Shown one piece after another: positions 1-11,450 of a stretch of DNA of 64,000 nt. Each line of letters opens with the position of its first letter. The first letter of the stretch is position 1. The DNA lies in the NCBI RefSeq assembly GCF_902713615.1, contig NC_052155.1, positions 55,506,315 through 55,570,314 on the forward strand, read 5' to 3'. Below the pieces are notes generated by a model. That model saw nothing but the letters and a program-made list of their open reading frames with translations, searched no databases and had not been told where the DNA came from. The stretch comes from Scyliorhinus canicula. Its lineage: Eukaryota. The position numbers were made by a program, and so were the translations under genes.

Positions 1-1506
1 CAAAAGACTATTGCAAATTTTCTAACAAGCAATAGTTCAGAAGCTGAATTAAGTTTCACAATTGGAATCACCCGGTTTGCAGTTGAGATGTACATTTGGG
101 ATATTTTGCCCATTATTTTCACATGACATGGCCATTCAAAGTTGTTTTCAGCTGCAGGTTACAGGGCAGATTGTATTTCAAGTGATTGATGCAAAAATTG
201 GATAGACACCGGTACTCACCAGTGCAGAGGCCAAGAACCAAGCATGACACCAACAGTATGTGTGCCATAAAAAATCATTTTGCTTAAAGACTGGGATGTT
301 AAATAATTCTCTTTATGCCTGCTCAGATTGATATAAAGGCTTGCATGGTGTTATTTCAAGAGGAGTGACAACGTTTTCAGAGTACCTTTGACAAAATTCC
401 GCCCTCACCTGAAACCATCAAAATTATGATCTGGTCATTTACTTCATAGTATTTATGGAACCTTGCTACATGTAAATTTGTTGTGCAATAATTGAATCAT
501 CTGCCAATATATACCTATGAGGCTTCAAGTCTCATTTACACTCGAGTGACGTGCTTTGGGATGTTTTATTATGTTAAAGGCACTGTGTAAATACAAGTTG
601 TTCTAAATGCTTTGGAATTCAAAATTCAGAGGGCTTTCGTCAAGGTAAAACTATTTTCCACCAATCAGTAAGTTGGTAACTCAAGGGCATCAACTTAAAT
701 TCACTGCCAGAATACAAAGGGATTGCTTGGGGAACGCTTTTAAGCAGAGAGCTGATATAACACAGAATAACCAAGCAGAATTCAAAATCTTTTTTTGAAA
801 AAAGGGAAGCTCATTAGTATTTTACAAAGCAGAACTTTAATGGGGAAAGAACAGGAGTTGGGGTGGAACTAATCAGGTAGTTCTTGAGAGCCAGTTCAAG
901 TATGATGAGCCAAATGGAGGTACCTTCTGCACAAAATAATTCTACAATAGCAACGACACTTCAATCACACTTCTATGAAGCACTTTAGCACATCCTGAGG
1001 ATGTGAAATGCACAGCATAAATATATATATTTTTATATTTAAGAACATTCTGATTGCAGCTTTGAAGCCAGACAAAACAGTGATGCCTTCTGTCAAAATT
1101 TCTTGGTCTTCATTGCAATGTTGTTAGATGGACCAAGTTAAAAGCTATTGCAATTATAAGCAGTTTGTCAGTTTAATTACTGTCAGACAATGAAGCATTT
1201 GTCTAGTCTAGTGCACATTGATTAGCTGAGATAAATGTACATCCTTGCCTCCTGGCCAATAATCAGGTGGAGTGAATTGCCAGGCTGATCCAACTTTTAC
1301 TACAGACATTCACAATTTATTCATGGGGAAATCAAACCAGCAACCTATGGCTAGTCATTCTACTTGCCAACTTTTTAAAAGCAAGCGGCCAATACTTTTC
1401 AGACAAAATACGAATCCAACTGCTGGAGGAAAGAAATCCAAGTCCCAAATATCAGGAAAGACTTCAACAAATGCATAGTTTAGAATAAACAGGCTTTTGA
1501 CCTCAC

Positions 1507-1551
1507 CAAAAACCATCCTCCATATTGCTGGATGTGGTCGGGTGAAAGGAC
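1507..1551 (-). CDS. PTDSS1: PTDSS1 coding exon 3 (45 bp); gene continues beyond the left edge
   Basis: tttacAG acceptor, encodes [21 protein letters not shown] donor at 1506. No further PTDSS1 exon was recognised in 1-1506. Confidence 0.95.
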
Positions 1552-1676
1552 CTGTAAAATTGAAATAAAAATCCTTAAACAATGCATCTTTAGATAAATA
1601 AATTGTTTCAGAATATGTAAAATAATATGCAAGAATTGTGATAAATCGCAATTCTCGCTAGTAACAAACAACTTAC

Positions 1677-1768
1677 CATTAGGAAATGCTAAAACACTTA
1701 CAATTAGAAAGAAGAACACCACTGAAAGAACGCCCTTCCATATATTATCTTCTAGACTTGTATCATCC
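1677..1768 (-). CDS. PTDSS1: PTDSS1 coding exon 2 (92 bp)
   Basis: TAG acceptor at 1771-1769. Encodes [35 protein letters not shown] donor at 1676; phases match the neighbouring exons. Confidence 0.96.
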
Positions 1769-2082
1769 CTAGATTTGAAAACAACGGTAACAGTTGGGGA
1801 TTTTTATTTCAGGATTTAAGTCCTATCAAAAGCATTTGGGAAACGCATTAGTTTATTAGACACAACATTTTACGGAGCAATAAAATTTCACAATCCACCC
1901 GCACTGATATGCGAGACAAAGTGGAAGGTTTATTCAGAAGGAGAAAGGAAAAATCGACATAGAATCGAAACCGGGCAAGGAAGTTTACAAAAGTGATACA
2001 TTATAGCACAGGCCTAGCAGTAGAATCTCTGGAAAGCCAGCCTGGTACTCATGCCGGGATGTGAAACGAGACCAGCTGATTG

Positions 2083-2102
2083 ATAGAGAGAGAGAGAGAG
2101 AG
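2083..2102. repeat. (GA)n microsatellite in a PTDSS1 intron
   Basis: gatagagagagagagagagag read directly. Confidence 0.85.
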
Positions 2103-2144
2103 CAGGCAAAGCAAGGGGAGGGAGGGCTGGGCGCAGCCAGCTAC

Positions 2145-2323
2145 CTGGTAAAGGCGAAATACATGACACTGATGATAGTGAAAGTGAGCAGAGTGATGGT
2201 GTGAGGCTTGTAGAAGAAGTCTATGGTGATATCCTCCACTTGCTGCTCGTTGATCATACGGAAATGCAGTTTATAATTCACATCGTTCTTGCTGATTGTC
2301 CTGCTGCCTATACCGGACACCAT
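2145..2323 (-). CDS. PTDSS1: Phosphatidylserine synthase 1, first coding exon (179 bp)
   Basis: Translates [60 protein letters not shown], nearly identical to the vertebrate PTDSS1 N-terminus. GT donor (AG|GTAG) at 2144-2143, phase 2. Confidence 0.97.
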
Positions 2324-3000
2324 GGCTGCAGCGCTCCGCCCGACAAGTCGCGGCAGCCAGCAAGAGCCCAGAGAGCCAGAACACTCCAACGTCAACCAGT
2401 CTGAGACAGACAGAGGGGGGGGAATAACTAACCCTCAAATACAAAAACACCTCCTCCGGGCAACACTGGCAGGGCATTGATCAGACACACAACATGTACA
2501 TCTTTTACATATAAGGTGGGATATTTTGAAATTGCGAGATGCTGTCTATTAATCTAAAAGAAAGATGTGTGAAAAACACTCCCCTGTCGTTGATGGTGGA
2601 CTGTTCCATTCAGGCACACAGCTACATTTTAGAACGTCCTTGGAGCACGTGGGGAGGGGGAGTATCGACAGAGAAAAAAGACAGCTGATAGAAAGAGGAA
2701 TAGCTGAGAGAGAAATAGAAAGAGAGAAATAGCTGACACAGAGAAAATTAGCTGATGGAGGGAGAGAGAGATAACTGATAGATGAGAGAAATAGCTGATG
2801 TAGAGAGAAATAACTGATAACAAGGAGAGACTACTTTCCCAACCCAGTCTTGAGTCTGTAAGGAGGGGGGATACAGGCAAGCAAGAGAAATAGCCACTAT
2901 TCGGAGTGAGAGGAAGCTGAGAGATATTTTTGAATCCTACCTACAATCTGCCAGGTGAGAGAAACAGCTGATAAAGGGATTGTGGTGGTTGGGGGGTGGG

Positions 3001-6000
3001 CAGCCCCAGCCCCAGCCCCAGCCTGCTCTGATCAGCCCCAGCCCAGTCTGCTCTGATCAGCCCCAGCCCAATCTGCTCTGATTAGCCCCAGCCCAATCTG
3101 CTCTGATCAGCAAAGTGAGTGAAGGAGCTGATGGATAGAGGGGTAAACCTTCCCCAGCCCAGTCTGCTCTGATCAGCAGAGTGAAGGAGCTGATTGATAG
3201 AGGGGAAACCCTCCCCAGCCTAGTCTGATCTGATCAGCAGAGTGAGTGAAGGAGCTGATGGACAGAAGGGTGAACCTTCCCCAGCACAGACTGCTCTGAT
3301 CAGCAGAGTGAAGGAGCTGATGGATAGAGGGGTAAACCCTCCCCAGCCCAGACTGCTCTGATCAGCAGTGAAGGAGCTGATGGATAGAGGGGTAAACTTC
3401 CCCAGCCCAGACTGCTCTGATCAGCAGAGTGAAGAGCTGATGGATAGAGGGGTAACCTCCCCAGCCCAGACAGCTCTGATCAGCAAGTGAAGGAGCTGAT
3501 GGATAGAGGGTAAACCTTCCCCAGCCCAGACTGCTCTGTCAGCAGAGTGAAGGAGCTGATGGATAGAGGGGTAAACCCTTCCCCAGCCCAGTGCTCTGAT
3601 AGCAGAGTGAAGGAGCTGATGGATAGAGGGGTCCCTTCCCCAGCCCAGACTGCTCTGATCAGCAGAGTGAAGGAGCTGATGGATAGAGGGTAACCTTCCC
3701 CAGCCCAGTCTGCTCTGATCAGCAGAGTGAAGGAGCTGATGGATAGAGGGGTAAACCCCCAGCCCAGACTGCTCTGATCAGCAGTGAAGGAGCTGATGGA
3801 TAGAGGGGTAAGCCTCCCCAGCCCAGACTGCTCTGATCAGCAGAGAAGGAGCTGATGGATAGAGGGGTAAACCTCCCCAGCCCAGACTGCTCTGATCAGC
3901 AGAGTGAAGGAGCTGATGGATAGAGGGGTAAGCCTTCCCCAGCCCACTGCTCTGATCAGCAGTGAAGGAGCTGATGGATAGAGGGGTAAACTTCCCCAGC
4001 CCAGACTGCTCTGATCAGCAGAGTGAAGGAGCTGATGGATAGAGGGGTAACCTTCCCCAGCCCAGACTGCTCTGATCAGCAAGAGTGAAGGAGCTGATGG
4101 ATAGAGGGGTAACTTCCCCAGCCCAGACTGCTCTGATCAGCAGAGTGAAGGAGCTGATGGATAGGGGGTAAACCTCCCCAGCCCAGACTGCTCTGATCAG
4201 CAGAGTGAAGGAGCTGATGGATAGAGGGGTACCTTCCCCAGCCCACTGCTCTGATCAGCAGAGTGAAGGAGCTGATGGATAGAGGGTATCCCTTCCCCAG
4301 CCCAGTCTGCTCTGATCAGTAGAGTGAAGGAGCTGATGGATAGAGGGGTAAACCTTCCCCAGCCCAGACTGCTCGGATCAGCAGTGAAGGAGCTGATGGA
4401 TAGAGGGGTAAACCCTCCCCAGCCCAGACTGCTCTGATCAGCAGTGAAGGAGCTGATGGATAGAGGGTAAACCCTCCCCAGCCCACTGCTCTGATAGCAG
4501 TGAAGGAGCTGATGGATAGAGGGGTAAACTTCCCCAGCCCACTGCTCTGATCAGCAGAGTGAAGGAGCTGATGGATAGAGGGGTAACCTCCCCAGCCCAG
4601 ACAGCTGATCAGCAAAGTGAAGGAGCTGATGGATAGAGGGTAAACCTTCACCAGCCCAGACTGCTCTGTCAGCAGAGTGAAGGAGCTGATGGATAGAGGG
4701 GTAAACCTTCCCCAGCCCAGACTGCTCTGATCAGCAGAGTGTGTGAAGGAGCTGATGGATAGAGGGGTAAACCTTCCCCAGCCCAGACTGCTCTGGTCAG
4801 CAGAATGAAGGAGCTGATGGATAGAGGGGTAAGCCTTCCCCAGCCCAGTCTGCTCTGATCAGCAGAGTGTGTGAAGGAGCTGATGGATAGAGGGGTAAAC
4901 CCTCCCCAGCCCAGACTGCTCTGATCAGCAGAGTGAAGGAGCTGATGGATAGAGGGGTATCCCTTCCCCAGCCCAGTCTGCTCTGATCAGCAGAGTGAAG
5001 GAGCTGATGGATAGAGGGGTATCCCTTCCCCAGCCCAGTCTGCTCTGATCAGTAGAGTGAAGGAGCTGATGGATAGAGGGTAACCCTCCCCAGCCCAGAC
5101 TGCTCTGATCAGCAGTGAAGGAGCTGATGGATAGAGGGGTAAACCCTCCCCAGCCCACACTGCCGATAAGCAGTGAAGGAGCTGATGGATAGAGGGGTAA
5201 AACTTCCCCAGCCCAGACTGCTCTGATCAGCAGAGTGAAGGAGCTGATGGATAGAGGGGTAATTCCTCCCCAGCCCAGACAGCTCTGATCAGCAAAGTGA
5301 AGGAGCTGATGGATAGAGGGGTAAACCTTCCCCAGCCCAGACTGCTCTGATCAGCAGAGTGTGTGAAGGAGCTGATGGATAGAGGGGTAAACCCTCCCCA
5401 GCCCAGACTGCTCTGATCAGCAGAGTGAAGGAGCTGATGGATAGAGGGGTAATTCTCCCCAGCCCAGACAGCTCTGATCAGCAAAGTGAAGGAGCTGATG
5501 GATAGAGGGGTAAACCTTCCCCAGCCCAGACTCGATCAGCAGAGTGTGAAGGAGCTGATGGATAGAGGGGTAAACCTTCCCCAGCCCAGACTGCTCTGGT
5601 CAGCAGAGTGAAGGAGCTGATGGATAGAGGGGTAAGCCTTCCCCAGCCCAGTGCTCTGATCAGCAGAGTGTGTGAAGGAGCTGATGGATAGGGGGTAAGC
5701 CCTCCCCAGTCCAGACTGCTCTGATCAGCAGAGTGAAGGAGCTGATGGATAGAGGGGTATCCCTTCCCCAGCCCAGTCTGCTCTGATCAGCAGAGTGAAG
5801 GAGCTGATGGATAGAGGGGTATCCCTTCCCCAGCCCAGTCTGCTCTGATCAGTAGAGTGAAGGAGCTGATGGATAGAGGGGTAAACCTTCCCCAGCCCAC
5901 TGCTCTGATCAGCAGTGAAGGAGCTGATGGATAGAGGGGTAAACCCTCCCCAGCCCAGACTGCTCTGATCAGCAGTGAGGAGCTGATGGATAGAGGGGTA

Positions 6001-7316
6001 AACCCTTCCCCAGCCCAGACTGCTCTGATCAGCAGTGAAGGAGCTGATGGATAGAGGGGTAAACCCTCCCCAGCCCAGACTGCTCTGATCAGCAGAGTGA
6101 AGGAGCTGATGGATAGAGGGGTAAACCCTCCCCAGCCCAGACTGCTCTGATCAGCAGAGTGAAGGAGCTGATGGATAGAGGGGTAAGCCTTCCCCAGCCC
6201 AGTCTGCTCTGATCAGCAGAGTGTGTGAAGGAGCTGATGGATAGAGGGGTAAACCCTCCCCAGCCCAGTCTGCTCTGATCAGCAGTGACGGAGCTGATGG
6301 ATAGAGGGGTAAGCCTTCCCCAGCCCAGTCTGCTCTGATCAGCAGAGCGTGTGAAGGAGCTGATGGACAGAGGTGTAAACCTTTCCCAGCCCAGTCTGCT
6401 CTGATCAGCAGTGAAGGAGCTGATGGATAGAGGTGTAAACCTTTCCCAGCCCAGACTGCTCTGATCAGCAGTGTGTGTGAAGGAGCTGATGGATAGAGGG
6501 GTAAACCCTCCCCAGCCCAGTCTGCTCTGATCAGCAGAGTGAAGTAGCTGATGGATAGAGGGGTAAACCTCCCCAGCCCAGTCTGCTCTGATCAGCAGTG
6601 GAAGAAGCTGATGGATAGAGGGGTAAACCCTCCCCTGCCCAGTCTGCTCTGATCAGCAGAGTGAGTGAAGGGCTGATGGATCGAGGAGTAAGGCTTCCCC
6701 AGCCCAGACTGCTCTGATCAGCAGAGTGTGTGAAGGTTCTGATGGACAGAGGTGTAAACTGAAGGAGCTGATGGATAGAGGGGTAAACCGTCCCCAGCCC
6801 AGTCTACTCTGATCAGCAGAGTGTGTGAAGGAGCTGATGGATAGAGGGGTAAACCGTACCCAGCCCAGTCTACTCTGATCAGCAGTGTGTAAAGGAGCTG
6901 ATGGATAGAGGGGTAACCCTTCCCCTGCCCAGACTGCTCTGATCAGCAGAGTGTGTGAAGGAGCTGATGGATAGAGGGGTAAACCTTCCCCAGCCCAGTC
7001 TGCCCTGATCAGCAGTGACGGAGCTGATGGATAGAGGGGTAAACCTTCCCCAGCCCAGTCTGCTCTGATCAGCAGTGAGGGAGCTGATGGATAGAGGGGT
7101 AAACCCTCCCCAGCCCAGACTGCTCTGATCAGCAGTGTAGGAGTTGATGGATAGAGGGGTAAACCCTCCCCAGCCCAGTCTGCTCTGATCAGCAGTGAGG
7201 GAGCTGATGGATAGAGGGGTAAACCCTCCCCAGCCCAGACTGCACTGATCAGCAGTGAAGGAGCTGATGGATAGAGGGGTAACCCTTCTCCAGCCCAGAC
7301 TGCTCTGATCAGCAGC
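3001..7316. repeat. Minisatellite array, ~57-65 bp unit, about 70 copies
   Basis: Consensus cagcccagactgctctgatcagcagagtgaaggagctgatggatagaggggtaaaccttccc repeats from ~3090 to 7316. It is preceded by cagccc hexamers and ~24-bp subunits at 3001-3110. Confidence 0.98.
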
Positions 7317-7960
7317 AACGCCGAGGGGAGGAGCTCGAGTCTGTATTTTTATGTTATTTAGAGACCGTCGCTATTCCCGGCTCAGCTGCACTTCACTCCC
7401 CATGGGCCTCGAGACTTTGCCACTGGGTTTAAAAACGAATCTTCGCCTGATGTCGATGAGTGCATTCTGCCCGCCGAGGTACTGGCTTGTCTTAAACCCT
7501 GGGTGTGGGTGAGGCTGCGCTGTAAACACTCAGAGTTTTGTGTAAACAGTGAGCAATTTAATATGGGAGCAGCCAGTATTGGCTGTGGCAGGGGCAGTCT
7601 GTGCGGTCCGCTGCTGTTTATCTTCCCCGGAGCAGAGTGCACACATTGCTGTGTGTGCTTCCCGGTCGGAATCATTAAGGTGGGTACCCGGAGCGTGTTG
7701 GTTGATATTGTCGGAGAGGATTCACCTCAATACCCAGTTATTCTGACTGGCCTCTTTATTCACTGGTCCCATTCTGGAACATCTCTTCTTGCTCTCACAG
7801 GCCTTCGTTTCTTTCCCCAAGCCCGGTGCTCAGAAATTGGCACAATACTCCAGATTTAGGCCAATCCGGCTTGGCAAAGGCCCAGCAGCAAATTTATTTT
7901 CTGTTCTCGGGCCGACCTCCGAGTGCCTCTTCAAACAGACTACTCGACCCGCTGCGCCCC
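7317..7960. promoter_or_regulatory. CpG-retaining segment; candidate MTERF3/PTDSS1 promoter or non-coding first exon
   Basis: Unique sequence with many CpGs between the divergent genes. Plus-strand donor candidates are AAG|GTGGGT (7680) and GG|GTGAGG (7509). The TSS cannot be determined from sequence. Confidence 0.45.
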
Positions 7961-8527
7961 TTTAAGGACCTGTTTCTGTTCCTTCACCGCTTTTAGAATA
8001 GCCCCATTTCATTTATATTGACTCTCGCACATCCTACCAGCATTGTACGTAGCCATTTACGACACAGAAGGAGGCCATTTGGCCCATCGTGTATATGTTT
8101 GCGCTACTCAGAGCAAACCAGTCGTTTCCCCGCTCCATCACTGTAGCCCTGAAAGCCCTTCATGTATCCATCTGATTTCCTTTTGAAATGATTGATTGTG
8201 TTTACCACCCTCGTGCAGTATTTTACTTTCACCACCCTTGTGTAGCATAATAAAGGAGTTCTTCACTTTTGCACTGCATCTGTACCCAAAGTCTGTGTTC
8301 CCTAACCTTTGTCTACCTTACCTAAGCTGTAATAATCTTGTACACCTATTAATTTCCTTAACCACCTTTGTTCTACAGAGAACAACCCCAGCTCCTCCAG
8401 CCTAACCTTGCAGCTAAAATCCCTCATCCCTGGAATTATTCATAATTATTCAAGTAAATTACTTCTGCATCCTCTCAAGGACGCTTGCATCCTTTCTAAA
8501 GTGTGGTGACCAGAACTGTACACAATA

Positions 8528-10900
8528 TGCTCTAACCTCTCCAGTCCAGAAATCTATTGTTTGGAAAGACCGCTTGTCCGGAAATCTTTTCAGCAAACCC
8601 GGGAAACTCACCGGCTCGCCACTCGGCTGTTCGGGTGCTGCAGCAAATCGAGAAGGCATGGCCTCACCTAATCTACGGAGGCACGGGAATTTGTGAGCTG
8701 AGTTACTTTGTCATCTCATGCTGTTTTCCCCATGCTACACAGTCAGCTTTCACTTGCCATTTGCTACCCTCTGTTGCAGAGGTGCTTTTAAGTAGACCTA
8801 AGTATTCCCAGGGTATAGTTTAAAAAAAAATTTAAACTGTCACCATGACATCTAAGAAAAATGCAACAAAACGTAAACATGTCACACTGACAATATCGGA
8901 AAAGGTGGAAATCATAAAGAAACTAGATAAGGGTGCTTCGGTGAAAAGTTTGTGTGAGGTGTATGGTGTGGGTCTTTCAACAATTTACGACATCAGGAAA
9001 CAACGTGAAAAACTCTTTAAATTCTGTGCAGAAAGTGACACAGTTGAAGGAATTAGTGAGCGTAGAACACTGCATAGTGCTAAATCTGCTGACCATGATG
9101 GTGTGCTGTATGAATGGTTCCGACAGCACCGTAGTAAGGGGCTCCCTGTGTCAGGGACAATGCTTATGGAAAAGGCTAAAGAATTTCATACCGATTTGAG
9201 AATTAGTTCTGCCTGTGAGTACTCCCAAGGTTGGTTGCAAAAGTTCAAACATAGGCATGGGATTCACCTAAAAGCTACTGGCAAACAGCTTCTTGCTGAT
9301 AGAAAGGCTGTTGAATGTTATGTAACTGAGTTTGCGAAGTTGATGAAGGATGAGGGTCTTAGCCTAGAGCAGATATATAATGCGGACGAGACGGATGTTT
9401 TCTGGAGGTGCTTGCCACGAAGCACGCTTGCTGGTGCAGAGGGGACAGTGGTCCGCAATCGCAAAGAGTCAAAAGAAAGGCTCACAGTGCTCACATGTGC
9501 AAATGCTGCTGGAACACACAAGTGTAAACTCTTGGTTGTTGGTAAAAGTGCTAAACCTTGTGCTTTAAAAGGGATGAAAATCATGCCGGTGCTTTACGAG
9601 GCCAACAAATGGTCATGCGTCACTCAGGAGATCGTGAGTAACTGGTTCCATCATCATTTTGTCCCCGAGGCGCGTGCACACTCTCAAAAGATTGGGTTAG
9701 CTGCAGACTGCAAAATTGTGCTTCTTTTGGACAATTATTCAGCTCACCCCCCTGTAGAACAATTAGATGCTGACAATGTCTTCCCTACATATTTACCCAC
9801 TAGTTGCGCATCTTTAATTCAACCAATGGACCATGGAATTACTAAAGCAATGAAAAGCCACTACAGGAACAGTTTTTTACGTCGTCTTGTGAACAGCTAC
9901 AATACTGGTGGTGTTGATGCTTTTAAGAAGGCCGTCAATATCGAAGATGCTATTTTGTGTTTGGCAAATGCTTGGAACGGTGTCACTAGGAGAACCTTGC
10001 AAAATGCGTGGCATAAGTTGTGTCCTGCAAGTATGCTTAATGATGAGGATGCAGTGGAAAACATTGAAGGCTTTAATGTAAACAAGGCAAAGGCAGCTGA
10101 TCTCTTATGTTATGCCAAGCAAATGCAAAGTGTTGATTTAGACAAGCAAGATATTGTGACGTGGCTAAACGGTGAAGATGATGCTCCAGGTGTGCAGCAA
10201 GCAACAGATTCAGAGATAATAGAGATAGTTTTAGAGCCCAAGTCTGAGGATATTGGCAACAGCAAAACGGAAGATAATTTTTCTAATGAGATTAATGTGG
10301 AAGAGGGGATAAATCTAGCCTCTCGCTTCATTCGCTTTCTAGAGCAACAAAGTTTTATAAGCCATCAAGATGTAATGCATGTGCACCGAATCCAAGAGAA
10401 ATTAATAAAGAAGCAACTCAACCACAAGAAACAAATGAGGTTGCAACAAATGTTTGATGAAGTTGGAAAATCCTGTGCATGCACACCGTCAAAATCACCC
10501 AGTCCAATCCCATCAACCAGCAGACTGAATGAAACAAAGGAACCAGAATTAACTGCCCTTGCTGTTAATTATCACCCACTTTCTTCCATGCCCCTTCAAA
10601 CGATTAGTGCAAGAAAGCAGTGTATGGAATAGCCTGTTCCCTCAAAGTCATTGGTAGAATTTTGGTACAGTATCTGGGAGGAGAAACGTGGAAAATACAA
10701 TATTTGGACAAGTGAAACAAATTTAATTATTGCTTTATAACATTTTATCAATGTTTATGTTTCAGGTAAAATTTGAATCTACAGTATTTTCTGATCACAC
10801 ACTTGTGGTTAGGCATTCTAATGTCATTCTATATTCCAGAAAGTTCGGAAATCCATAAATGGCTTGATCCCAAGCATTCCAGACTGGAAAGGTTATAGTG
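8528..10900 (+). mobile_element. Full-length Tigger/pogo (Tc1-mariner superfamily) DNA transposon, 2373 bp
   Basis: TA at 8526-27 and 10901-02. The 24-bp TIRs (tgctctaacctctccagtccagaa vs cactataacctttccagtctggaa) match at 18/24. The flanks rejoin into a continuous CR1 sequence (cagaactgtacacaaTActctagttgtggcctaaccagag), and an uninterrupted paralogue is visible at 22272-22330. Confidence 0.93.
8845..10632 (+). CDS. Tigger/Jerky-like (TIGD2/JRKL/TIGD7-type) transposase-derived protein, 595 aa
   Basis: N-terminal CENP-B/psq HTH (RKHVTLTISEKVEIIKKLDKG..YGVGLSTIYDIRK) and a second HTH (LYEWFRQHRSKGLPVSG..GWLQKFKHRHGI). DDE_1 domain with NADET, LLLDN and QPMD (D..D32D). Kozak context gtcaccATG; no stops or frameshifts. 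Confidence 0.93.
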   Translation: MTSKKNATKRKHVTLTISEKVEIIKKLDKGASVKSLCEVYGVGLSTIYDIRKQREKLFKFCAESDTVEGISERRTLHSAKSADHDGVLYEWFRQHRSKGLPVSGTMLMEKAKEFHTDLRISSACEYSQGWLQKFKHRHGIHLKATGKQLLADRKAVECYVTEFAKLMKDEGLSLEQIYNADETDVFWRCLPRSTLAGAEGTVVRNRKESKERLTVLTCANAAGTHKCKLLVVGKSAKPCALKGMKIMPVLYEANKWSCVTQEIVSNWFHHHFVPEARAHSQKIGLAADCKIVLLLDNYSAHPPVEQLDADNVFPTYLPTSCASLIQPMDHGITKAMKSHYRNSFLRRLVNSYNTGGVDAFKKAVNIEDAILCLANAWNGVTRRTLQNAWHKLCPASMLNDEDAVENIEGFNVNKAKAADLLCYAKQMQSVDLDKQDIVTWLNGEDDAPGVQQATDSEIIEIVLEPKSEDIGNSKTEDNFSNEINVEEGINLASRFIRFLEQQSFISHQDVMHVHRIQEKLIKKQLNHKKQMRLQQMFDEVGKSCACTPSKSPSPIPSTSRLNETKEPELTALAVNYHPLSSMPLQTISARKQCME

Positions 10901-11450
10901 TACTCTAGTTGTGGCCTAACCAGAGCTGTATAAATGTTCAGCAGAATTTCCCTGCTTTTTTACTCAATGCCTCTATTTTATGAAGTTCAGGATCCCATAT
11001 GCTTTGCTAACTGCAGTCTCAATGTGTCCTGGCACCTTCAAAGATATATACACGTGCACCCTCGGGTCCCTTTATTCCTGTACACTATTTAGAAATGTGT
11101 CATTAAGTCTGTTCCTTCTTTCTATCTCTATGCCAAAATGTATCACCTCACCGTTTTATATATTAAATTCCATCTGCCAATTGTGTTCTCATTCAGCTAG
11201 TCTATCTAAGTCCTGTGGTGGTATGATCCTCACTGTTATCAAATCTGGAGGCGTGACAATGGCAAATTTTGAAATTTTACTCTATTCCAATATCTTAGTA
11301 ATTTATATATAGCAAAAATAATAATGGCCCTAGCACTGACCTTTTGGGGAAGACCACTATTGACCATTATCCAGTCTGAAAAATGACCATTTACCACAAC
11401 TCACCTTTTTTTCTGTTCCGAAACTATTTTTTTATCCAAGTGGACACTGG

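Noticed and set aside
3001-7316. Array read as a CRISPR array, or ORFs 3837-7318 read as a repeat protein
   Set aside because: There are no unique spacers and the context is eukaryotic. The ORFs are translations of the repeat unit, broken by frequent frameshifts.
3001-7316. Resemblance to immunoglobulin switch regions (GAGCT, GGGGT, GGGCT, WGCW motifs)
   Set aside because: There are no Ig exons nearby, only one GAGCT per ~60-bp unit, and the locus is a housekeeping block.
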